Assembly: GCA_000004985.1 (NCBI GenBank)
Contig: GG738955.1
Strand: one strand, 5' to 3'
DNA length: 40,673 nt
Source of the DNA: Naegleria gruberi
Taxonomy: Eukaryota
In this document: in pieces, positions 1 to 7,493 of the stretch
How the letters are laid out: each line of letters starts with the position of its first letter
Position numbering within the stretch: position 1 is the stretch's first letter
The notes under the pieces: model-generated
Told to the model about the DNA's origin: nothing
Databases searched by the model: none
The model's input: only the letters and a program-made list of their open reading frames with translations
Program-made: the position numbers and the translations under genes

Positions 1-1
1 A

Positions 2-1141
2 CGAGCAGTGAAGAGAAATGGCGAAGTTTTTCATCACATTGATGAAGAACTTAAAAGAAATGAAGCATTTGTATTGGATTGTGTTAAAGAAAATGGTTGG
101 ATTCTGACGCATGTTTCACAAGAATTGAAAAACAATAGAGATTTCATTAAGAGAGCTGTCAAATATTATGGAAGAGCTGTTACATTTACAAATGAAGAGC
201 TGAGAAATGACAAGTCAATCGTGTTGGATGCAGTTCGGCAAGATGGTTATGTTCTCAGATATTTATCAAATTTAATGCAAAATGACAGGGAGGTAGTTTT
301 GGAATCTGTCAAACAAAATGGAATAGCACTCCAATTTGCATCATTCAAATTGAGAAATGACAAGGAGGTTGTTTCTGAGGCTGTGAAACAAAAACCCTCA
401 TCTCTTGAATATGCATCATTTGATCTAAGACACGATCGTGAATTGATTGATTTAGCTTTAGCAATACAACCAATAGTTATATGGGATCAACCAAAAACCT
501 TCAATAATTTCAATACTTTGGCAAGTGATAATCAATTCAGAGTATCATTTTTTGACGAGATGAACGAGAATGATATTGAACTTATGGAACTAATGATGGA
601 TATCTCTCTATCTTCAGTCACTGATGAACAAAAGGATGATCGATTCACAATTCTACAAGCTGTCAAAAAGGAAGGACATTACTTAATGTTTGCTTCTGAC
701 AGATTGAAGAATGACAAAGAGATTGTACTAGAGGCAGTTAAACAAAATCCATGGGCATTTAAATATGCATCTGTAGCCCTTCAGAAAGACAATGAAATTA
801 TTTTGGAAGCTCTCAAAAAGAATGGCAGTTTGTTAAAATTCTGTTCCTTTGAAGTGAGGAATGATAAGGAATTGGTAATGGTGGCTGTAAAACAGGATGG
901 CTCTGCTCTCAAATATGCATCAGATAGGTTGAAAGTTGATAAGAAAATAGTATTGGAAGCTCTGAAACAAACTGACAAGGCACTAGAATTTGCAAACATT
1001 CAAGACTTGCTGAAGAATGACTTTGAATTCAAGATGGAATTGGTACGGGAAGTTGGATATTCAGAAGTCTATTCAGATGATTTCTACCTGATAAGAATGA
1101 ATTATTTAGGAGTTTATGCTGATAGAATTTCTAAACTTTAA
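2..1141 (+). CDS. DUF4116-like repeat protein, 5' partial. The frame is open from the window edge and there is no in-frame ATG near the start; the track's Met at 8 is GTG. Stop is TAA at 1139-1141.
   Basis: 380 codons with no stop in AT-rich DNA. The protein is built of ~36-aa units of the form [FY]AS..L[RK]ND[KR]E[IV]VLEAVKQ[ND]G.AL.[FY]AS, for example ELRNDKSIVLDAVRQDGYVLRY and FASDRLKNDKEIVLEAVKQNPWAFKYAS. I recognise these as Pfam DUF4116-type repeats. That identification is from memory, not a search. Confidence 0.7.
   Translation, partial: RAVKRNGEVFHHIDEELKRNEAFVLDCVKENGWILTHVSQELKNNRDFIKRAVKYYGRAVTFTNEELRNDKSIVLDAVRQDGYVLRYLSNLMQNDREVVLESVKQNGIALQFASFKLRNDKEVVSEAVKQKPSSLEYASFDLRHDRELIDLALAIQPIVIWDQPKTFNNFNTLASDNQFRVSFFDEMNENDIELMELMMDISLSSVTDEQKDDRFTILQAVKKEGHYLMFASDRLKNDKEIVLEAVKQNPWAFKYASVALQKDNEIILEALKKNGSLLKFCSFEVRNDKELVMVAVKQDGSALKYASDRLKVDKKIVLEALKQTDKALEFANIQDLLKNDFEFKMELVREVGYSEVYSDDFYLIRMNYLGVYADRISKL
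35..1030 (+). repeat. Two blocks of about five tandem 108-nt (36-aa) DUF4116-like coding repeats, at roughly 35-500 and 653-1030, separated by a non-repeat linker.
   Basis: Periodic recurrence of the ASxxLRNDKExVLxAVKQxG motif in the translation. The DNA-level copies are divergent. Confidence 0.55.
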
Positions 1142-1251
1142 GGTAAGGCCTGTTTACCTTAATTCTAATAGTAATATTGAAAGCTACCGTTCCCGTTACT
1201 GTGAAGATTACACACAAACTCAACTTGAACAGGTGTTCCAGGATATCATTG

Positions 1252-4205
1252 NNNNNNNNNNNNNNNNNNNNNNNNNNNNNNNNNNNNNNNNNNNNNNNNN
1301 NNNNNNNNNNNNNNNNNNNNNNNNNNNNNNNNNNNNNNNNNNNNNNNNNNNNNNNNNNNNNNNNNNNNNNNNNNNNNNNNNNNNNNNNNNNNNNNNNNNN
1401 NNNNNNNNNNNNNNNNNNNNNNNNNNNNNNNNNNNNNNNNNNNNNNNNNNNNNNNNNNNNNNNNNNNNNNNNNNNNNNNNNNNNNNNNNNNNNNNNNNNN
1501 NNNNNNNNNNNNNNNNNNNNNNNNNNNNNNNNNNNNNNNNNNNNNNNNNNNNNNNNNNNNNNNNNNNNNNNNNNNNNNNNNNNNNNNNNNNNNNNNNNNN
1601 NNNNNNNNNNNNNNNNNNNNNNNNNNNNNNNNNNNNNNNNNNNNNNNNNNNNNNNNNNNNNNNNNNNNNNNNNNNNNNNNNNNNNNNNNNNNNNNNNNNN
1701 NNNNNNNNNNNNNNNNNNNNNNNNNNNNNNNNNNNNNNNNNNNNNNNNNNNNNNNNNNNNNNNNNNNNNNNNNNNNNNNNNNNNNNNNNNNNNNNNNNNN
1801 NNNNNNNNNNNNNNNNNNNNNNNNNNNNNNNNNNNNNNNNNNNNNNNNNNNNNNNNNNNNNNNNNNNNNNNNNNNNNNNNNNNNNNNNNNNNNNNNNNNN
1901 NNNNNNNNNNNNNNNNNNNNNNNNNNNNNNNNNNNNNNNNNNNNNNNNNNNNNNNNNNNNNNNNNNNNNNNNNNNNNNNNNNNNNNNNNNNNNNNNNNNN
2001 NNNNNNNNNNNNNNNNNNNNNNNNNNNNNNNNNNNNNNNNNNNNNNNNNNNNNNNNNNNNNNNNNNNNNNNNNNNNNNNNNNNNNNNNNNNNNNNNNNNN
2101 NNNNNNNNNNNNNNNNNNNNNNNNNNNNNNNNNNNNNNNNNNNNNNNNNNNNNNNNNNNNNNNNNNNNNNNNNNNNNNNNNNNNNNNNNNNNNNNNNNNN
2201 NNNNNNNNNNNNNNNNNNNNNNNNNNNNNNNNNNNNNNNNNNNNNNNNNNNNNNNNNNNNNNNNNNNNNNNNNNNNNNNNNNNNNNNNNNNNNNNNNNNN
2301 NNNNNNNNNNNNNNNNNNNNNNNNNNNNNNNNNNNNNNNNNNNNNNNNNNNNNNNNNNNNNNNNNNNNNNNNNNNNNNNNNNNNNNNNNNNNNNNNNNNN
2401 NNNNNNNNNNNNNNNNNNNNNNNNNNNNNNNNNNNNNNNNNNNNNNNNNNNNNNNNNNNNNNNNNNNNNNNNNNNNNNNNNNNNNNNNNNNNNNNNNNNN
2501 NNNNNNNNNNNNNNNNNNNNNNNNNNNNNNNNNNNNNNNNNNNNNNNNNNNNNNNNNNNNNNNNNNNNNNNNNNNNNNNNNNNNNNNNNNNNNNNNNNNN
2601 NNNNNNNNNNNNNNNNNNNNNNNNNNNNNNNNNNNNNNNNNNNNNNNNNNNNNNNNNNNNNNNNNNNNNNNNNNNNNNNNNNNNNNNNNNNNNNNNNNNN
2701 NNNNNNNNNNNNNNNNNNNNNNNNNNNNNNNNNNNNNNNNNNNNNNNNNNNNNNNNNNNNNNNNNNNNNNNNNNNNNNNNNNNNNNNNNNNNNNNNNNNN
2801 NNNNNNNNNNNNNNNNNNNNNNNNNNNNNNNNNNNNNNNNNNNNNNNNNNNNNNNNNNNNNNNNNNNNNNNNNNNNNNNNNNNNNNNNNNNNNNNNNNNN
2901 NNNNNNNNNNNNNNNNNNNNNNNNNNNNNNNNNNNNNNNNNNNNNNNNNNNNNNNNNNNNNNNNNNNNNNNNNNNNNNNNNNNNNNNNNNNNNNNNNNNN
3001 NNNNNNNNNNNNNNNNNNNNNNNNNNNNNNNNNNNNNNNNNNNNNNNNNNNNNNNNNNNNNNNNNNNNNNNNNNNNNNNNNNNNNNNNNNNNNNNNNNNN
3101 NNNNNNNNNNNNNNNNNNNNNNNNNNNNNNNNNNNNNNNNNNNNNNNNNNNNNNNNNNNNNNNNNNNNNNNNNNNNNNNNNNNNNNNNNNNNNNNNNNNN
3201 NNNNNNNNNNNNNNNNNNNNNNNNNNNNNNNNNNNNNNNNNNNNNNNNNNNNNNNNNNNNNNNNNNNNNNNNNNNNNNNNNNNNNNNNNNNNNNNNNNNN
3301 NNNNNNNNNNNNNNNNNNNNNNNNNNNNNNNNNNNNNNNNNNNNNNNNNNNNNNNNNNNNNNNNNNNNNNNNNNNNNNNNNNNNNNNNNNNNNNNNNNNN
3401 NNNNNNNNNNNNNNNNNNNNNNNNNNNNNNNNNNNNNNNNNNNNNNNNNNNNNNNNNNNNNNNNNNNNNNNNNNNNNNNNNNNNNNNNNNNNNNNNNNNN
3501 NNNNNNNNNNNNNNNNNNNNNNNNNNNNNNNNNNNNNNNNNNNNNNNNNNNNNNNNNNNNNNNNNNNNNNNNNNNNNNNNNNNNNNNNNNNNNNNNNNNN
3601 NNNNNNNNNNNNNNNNNNNNNNNNNNNNNNNNNNNNNNNNNNNNNNNNNNNNNNNNNNNNNNNNNNNNNNNNNNNNNNNNNNNNNNNNNNNNNNNNNNNN
3701 NNNNNNNNNNNNNNNNNNNNNNNNNNNNNNNNNNNNNNNNNNNNNNNNNNNNNNNNNNNNNNNNNNNNNNNNNNNNNNNNNNNNNNNNNNNNNNNNNNNN
3801 NNNNNNNNNNNNNNNNNNNNNNNNNNNNNNNNNNNNNNNNNNNNNNNNNNNNNNNNNNNNNNNNNNNNNNNNNNNNNNNNNNNNNNNNNNNNNNNNNNNN
3901 NNNNNNNNNNNNNNNNNNNNNNNNNNNNNNNNNNNNNNNNNNNNNNNNNNNNNNNNNNNNNNNNNNNNNNNNNNNNNNNNNNNNNNNNNNNNNNNNNNNN
4001 NNNNNNNNNNNNNNNNNNNNNNNNNNNNNNNNNNNNNNNNNNNNNNNNNNNNNNNNNNNNNNNNNNNNNNNNNNNNNNNNNNNNNNNNNNNNNNNNNNNN
4101 NNNNNNNNNNNNNNNNNNNNNNNNNNNNNNNNNNNNNNNNNNNNNNNNNNNNNNNNNNNNNNNNNNNNNNNNNNNNNNNNNNNNNNNNNNNNNNNNNNNN
4201 NNNNN
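1252..4205. other. Assembly gap (2954 N).
   Basis: Uninterrupted n run. The giant ORFs spanning it in the track are artefacts of translating N. Confidence 0.95.
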
Positions 4206-4212
4206 TTGCTGA

Positions 4213-5613
4213 TACAATAATCATCGAATTCGTAAAATATTGTCAAATGGCACAATTATAACGATTGCAGGTGGTACAAGTGGATATAGAGGTGATAACA
4301 TGGAAGCAACGAGTGCCAAGCTTAATGGTCCTTATTTTGTTTCGGTTCGTTCTGCCACTGGAGAGGTGCTCATTTCAGATACTGGAAATAATTACTTACG
4401 ACTAATTTCCACAACTCGTCTATGCAATGGAATATTAGCTAGTGATCCATTAGTTTGCAGTGGACATGGAATATGTAATTCTACAGATGTTTGCTCCTGT
4501 GAATCAGGTTATATTGGCTCAGTATGTGAGACTGTTGCATGTAATGGTGTCAATGCAAGTGATCCAAGAGCTTGTAATGGTCATGGTGTATGTCAAGGAC
4601 CAAACATTTGTAATTGTACCTCTGATTATAATGGAACATTTTGTGAGACAGCCTTAAATTCAGCACCTGAACCAGTCATTACCTGTTATGGTATTACATT
4701 TAATGAGACTTTGGTTTGTTCTGGTAATGGCCAATGTTCATCAATGAACAATTGTTCATGTAGCAGTGGATGGTTCGGTTCAAATTGTTCCACCACAATG
4801 TGTTTTGATGTATTTTCAAATAGTACCGATCCAATGGTTTGTAATGGCCACGGAGTTTGCTCTACTTTCAATAATTGCACTTGTGAGAATAATTGGAGTG
4901 GTTTGAATTGTTCCCTATTTTACAACAATTCTGAAATCATTATTTCAGTAACAAATTCTTCAACTGTTAATAGTTCAATCTATTCCAATACCACTACTAC
5001 TAACAATTCTACCATTATTGACAACAATAATACTACAACAATTGTTTCAAACACTACTACTGATAATACTACTATTGTAAATAATAGTACTGCTACAAAT
5101 AATACTACTGTTAATAATAATACTACAATAGTTGTTTCAAACAACACTACCATAATTGATAATACTACTCTAGTTAATAATGGAACAACTTTAAATTCCA
5201 CTATTTCTCAAAATAATACAACCAATACGAATTTGACAAATACAAACAATAATGGTACAATTACAATAGACCAATTGAAATGTTTTGGTATTCCTAATAC
5301 AGATGGCACAACTGTTTGTGGAGGACATGGTACATGTGTTTCACTTGATAAATGTGAATGCAAGTCAAATGCCAACGATGGATATTGGACAGGAGCTAAT
5401 TGTACATCATGTTCATCTTCTTACACTGGTAATGATTGCAAAACTGCCTTAATATGTGATAATTGTAACAATAATTATTATGCCTTCTTTGCGTTTATGG
5501 CAATTCCAGTCGCTGTAGTTGTGTCAATTCCACCTGTATGGTTGGTTGTGAGAGCACTACTTTCCATTAGAAAGAGTGGTACTGCTGCAACAAACACTCC
5601 TAATAATTGTTGA
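4213..5613 (+). CDS. 3' portion of a large type-I membrane glycoprotein. Domain order is NHL-type beta-propeller repeat(s), then four tenascin-type EGF-like modules, then an N/T-rich stalk, then a fifth Cys-rich module, then a TM helix and a short tail. Stop is TGA at 5611-5613. The 5' end lies in the upstream gap.
   Basis: Continuous 467-codon frame. 'YNNHRIRKI LSNGTIITIAGGTSGYRGDNMEATSAKLNGPYFVSVRSATGEVLISDTGNNYLRLIS' matches the NHL-type repeat consensus (G.AG.G..G..GD...AT.A.L..P.GVA.D..G.LYI.DT.N.RIR.I). Four repeats follow of the form C.GHG.C....C.C..G[YW].G..C, for example CSGHGICNSTDVCSCESGYIGSVCE and CNGHGVCSTFNNCTCENNWSGLNC. There are many N-x-T/S sequons. The hydrophobic stretch AFFAFMAIPVAVVVSIPPVWLVVRALL sits at about 5470-5555 and is followed by SIRKSGTAATNTPNNC. 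There is an in-frame TGA at 4210-4212 immediately after the gap, but the repeat motif 'ADT' continues in the -1 frame, so the gene very likely extends upstream. Confidence 0.7.
   Translation, partial: YNNHRIRKILSNGTIITIAGGTSGYRGDNMEATSAKLNGPYFVSVRSATGEVLISDTGNNYLRLISTTRLCNGILASDPLVCSGHGICNSTDVCSCESGYIGSVCETVACNGVNASDPRACNGHGVCQGPNICNCTSDYNGTFCETALNSAPEPVITCYGITFNETLVCSGNGQCSSMNNCSCSSGWFGSNCSTTMCFDVFSNSTDPMVCNGHGVCSTFNNCTCENNWSGLNCSLFYNNSEIIISVTNSSTVNSSIYSNTTTTNNSTIIDNNNTTTIVSNTTTDNTTIVNNSTATNNTTVNNNTTIVVSNNTTIIDNTTLVNNGTTLNSTISQNNTTNTNLTNTNNNGTITIDQLKCFGIPNTDGTTVCGGHGTCVSLDKCECKSNANDGYWTGANCTSCSSSYTGNDCKTALICDNCNNNYYAFFAFMAIPVAVVVSIPPVWLVVRALLSIRKSGTAATNTPNNC
4975..5250 (+). repeat. Low-complexity (AAT/ACT/ACA)n codon repeat encoding the Asn/Thr-rich stalk (NNTTIVSNTTTDNTTIVNNSTATNNTT...).
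   Basis: Visible microsatellite-like reiteration of aat, act and aca triplets. It is in frame with the surrounding CDS, and its complement yields the spurious V/L-rich ORF 4980-5201. Confidence 0.6.
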
Positions 5614-5628
5614 TTGAAATGAAACATG

Positions 5629-5634
5629 AATAAA
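5629..5634 (+). promoter_or_regulatory. AATAAA hexamer 16 nt downstream of the TGA stop of the NHL/EGF gene. Candidate poly(A) signal.
   Basis: Exact aataaa at 5629-5634. AATAAA is frequent by chance in AT-rich DNA. Confidence 0.25.
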
Positions 5635-5830
5635 TGCTGAAACTTTCTCAAGAATGTCAAAAATCGAATCCTTTCTCTCTCTGACAAAATTCGAGAATAA
5701 AGCAAACTAAACTTTCTAACATTGAAAACCAGTCAAATAAAGTAATTATTGCAACATTGTGTAACATCTATGTAACCAATCAAACTGAGTTCTCAACAGT
5801 TCTGTCTTTGTTGAGATTCAATCAAAAAAA

Positions 5831-6026
5831 ATGCAGGTAGCTCCTACACGAAACTTCACCCAATTCATTCCCATAGAATTTGCAAACAATAAACAAGTGG
5901 TTTTGGAATGTGTTTCTAGAAAAGGAAATTTCCTCAGGTTTGCATCTGATAATCTAAAATCTGATCCTCACGTAGTTTTGGAGGCATTGGCACAAAACGA
6001 AACTGCTTTCGAAAGGGCTAACCCAG
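5831..6026 (+). CDS. N-terminus of a second DUF4116-like repeat protein, paralogous to the gene at 2-1141. It is 3' truncated by the gap at 6027.
   Basis: ATG at 5831 preceded by seven A (tcaaaaaaaATG). The translation 'FANNKQVVLECVSRKGNFLRFASDNLKSDPHVVLEALAQNETAF' carries the same repeat signature. Post-gap sequence up to 6196 looks non-coding. Confidence 0.55.
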
Positions 6027-6076
6027 NNNNNNNNNNNNNNNNNNNNNNNNNNNNNNNNNNNNNNNNNNNNNNNNNN
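6027..6076. other. Assembly gap (50 N, probably an unknown-size placeholder).
   Basis: n run. Confidence 0.95.
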
Positions 6077-6230
6077 AATTTTTCAAAAAAAATACCTCAA
6101 CATACTAGTAAGTCGTATCAGTTATCAATTATATTACATCATTTCAATTCGTTTACAAGACATATCAATTCAAATTTTTATTTCACGTTTTTATAAGAAA
6201 CTCTTGTCAATTTCCTTGTCATCTTTGATG

Positions 6231-6304
6231 GTGTGAAATCTTTTACAATATTAATTCACACGGTGTGAATCTTTCACAGCATTGAGTTTCACTCAGTGTG
6301 AAAT
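6231..6304. promoter_or_regulatory. Cluster of GTGTGAA(A)T / TTTCAC motifs in both orientations. It includes a 17-bp palindrome, attcacac-g-gtgtgaat, at 6254-6270.
   Basis: gtgtgaaat at 6231-6239, gtgtgaat at 6263-6270, gtgtgaaat at 6296-6304, and tttcac at 6272 and 6287. I checked the palindrome by reverse complement. Confidence 0.35.
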
Positions 6305-6392
6305 GGTTCAAGATGAAAGATTTCCAACTTGTAAGAATTATGAATAGTTCAATAAAATTTCAATTTATCAAAAATTAATAATCATTCTGCAA

Positions 6393-6615
6393 CGTCATTG
6401 GAGACACTTTTTGAGACGTCATTGAGGACGCTTTTTTTGACGTCTTAATGACTCTCAAATTGACACCGTCAAAATGACGAAAAAAAACGTCATTTTGACG
6501 TCCACAACACCGTCCCAATGACACCTTAACAAGCATAAACAAAGGCGTCATTCATGACTATAAAATCGTCAAAACATGCGTCAACAAAAATGAGCGGGAG
6601 GTTGACTTTTGACGA
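6393..6615. promoter_or_regulatory. Degenerate ~24-bp-period array of CGTCA/TGACG dyad elements. Seven units start at 6393, 6417, 6441, 6467, 6488, 6511 and 6546 (spacings 24, 24, 26, 21, 23 and 35 bp), and an eighth (6567) is fragmentary. Candidate bZIP-type binding-site array or minisatellite.
   Basis: At least 11 TGACG/CGTCA pentamers in about 220 bp, three GACGTC hexamers (6416, 6439, 6497), and perfect-arm dyads 'cgtca-aaa-tgacg' (6467-6479) and 'acgtca-ttt-tgacgt' (6487-6501). A TATAAAT lies just downstream at 6654-6660, but no convincing ORF follows it. Confidence 0.45.
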
Positions 6616-7262
6616 TTTTTGTGAGCTGGAAAGTAACGTTTGTCTTTATGACCTATAAATTCCTGTCTAATAAATTCATTACCTTTTTAATTTTGGTGAG
6701 TTTTCACCTTGTTGGTGTATTCATCATTCACCATATATTTTCATCATGATGATTGAATTTCAACAACATAGTATCATTAGTAGGGATGTCTAATATCACC
6801 ATCAAGAGAGTTGGAATTGTTCCACTTTGTATTCATAGAGTTGTGGAATTTTCACTTCATCATATCTTTTATCATCAGCAAGTTCGCTTCCGATCATTAA
6901 GGCCAATATCTTAATGGTCATCATCATCACACCATCACTAACAGTGAATTTTCCAACATGGTAAATTTCAAGGTAGGAAATCTTGCTGATTTTCAAACTT
7001 GATACACAACAATTTTCAATAAATTTTCAATTTGTTTTATTCTTGGTGTGTTTATTTCAATCTACATTAAATTGCTTTGCTCACATTCCACCATTCATTG
7101 TTTAAATAATAAAATTAGTAGATGATGTCTTTTCGAAAAGTTTTTTAACATTGATTCAATTATTTAAGAATGCTCAAGGAGAAGATGTACATTCGAAACG
7201 TTTCGAACTAGAATAATATTGAATTTATTTCTGAACTTTTTTGAAGGCCAAGTACAAAAAAA

Positions 7263-7493
7263 ATGTACAATAATTGGACTTCATCACCAACCTCTGCACT
7301 TCCTTCACTTTTCAATATAAGCTCATCACCAACTGCTAACTCACCTACACTTTCCAATAATGTTTCGGATGAAATATTTCACTCTATTTATACTGCTAGA
7401 GCTGCCATTTGTGATCAGGATTTGGAAACTTTGAAAAGTCTGAAACTTCATTTGATCATCAATAATAATTCGGTACTGGGAGAAACAATATAA
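7263..7493 (+). CDS. Hypothetical small S/T/N-rich protein (76 aa). The TAA stop abuts the gap.
   Basis: ATG with an 8-A upstream run (caaaaaaaaATG), as at the other gene starts here. Otherwise it is a short, low-complexity, unrecognised ORF. Confidence 0.3.
   Translation: MYNNWTSSPTSALPSLFNISSSPTANSPTLSNNVSDEIFHSIYTARAAICDQDLETLKSLKLHLIINNNSVLGETI

Noticed and set aside
781-999. Antisense or overlapping short ORFs: 781-999(-), 4460-4657(+), 4686-4880(-), 4980-5201(-), 5478-5705(-), 12206-12637(+), 12782-13024(+), 28461-28787(+), 28850-29086(-), 28915-29151(+), 29504-29842(-), 34320-34526(-), 35139-35354(+) and 40318-40509(-).
   Set aside because: Each lies inside or opposite a much longer, motif-bearing ORF, or in a UTR. 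Their composition is V/L/F-rich or low-complexity, as expected for the complement of AT-rich coding DNA. 4980-5201 is simply the complement of the Asn/Thr codon repeat.
1141-1170. Intron-like GTAAGG…TTCTAATAG segment right after gene 1.
   Set aside because: The in-frame TAA (1139-1141) precedes the GT, so splicing here could not extend the reading frame. All other visible genes are intronless.
6393-6615. Reading the TGACG array as a transposon terminal repeat or MITE.
   Set aside because: I found no flanking terminal inverted repeats or target-site duplication. It cannot be excluded without genome-wide copy counts, so it is kept as an alternative inside the finding.
6654-6660. TATAAAT box directly downstream of the TGACG array.
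   Set aside because: No plausible + strand ORF follows. The first ATG at 6746 gives a 15-aa peptide. TATAAAT is common in AT-rich DNA. It is mentioned only as context for the array.
6802-6996. 64-aa minus-strand ORF in the long non-coding stretch.
   Set aside because: The track's Met is TTG. The first real ATG leaves about 40 aa (MMMTIKIL…). There is no A-run start context and no recognisable motif. It was probably opened by chance by the catcat repeats.
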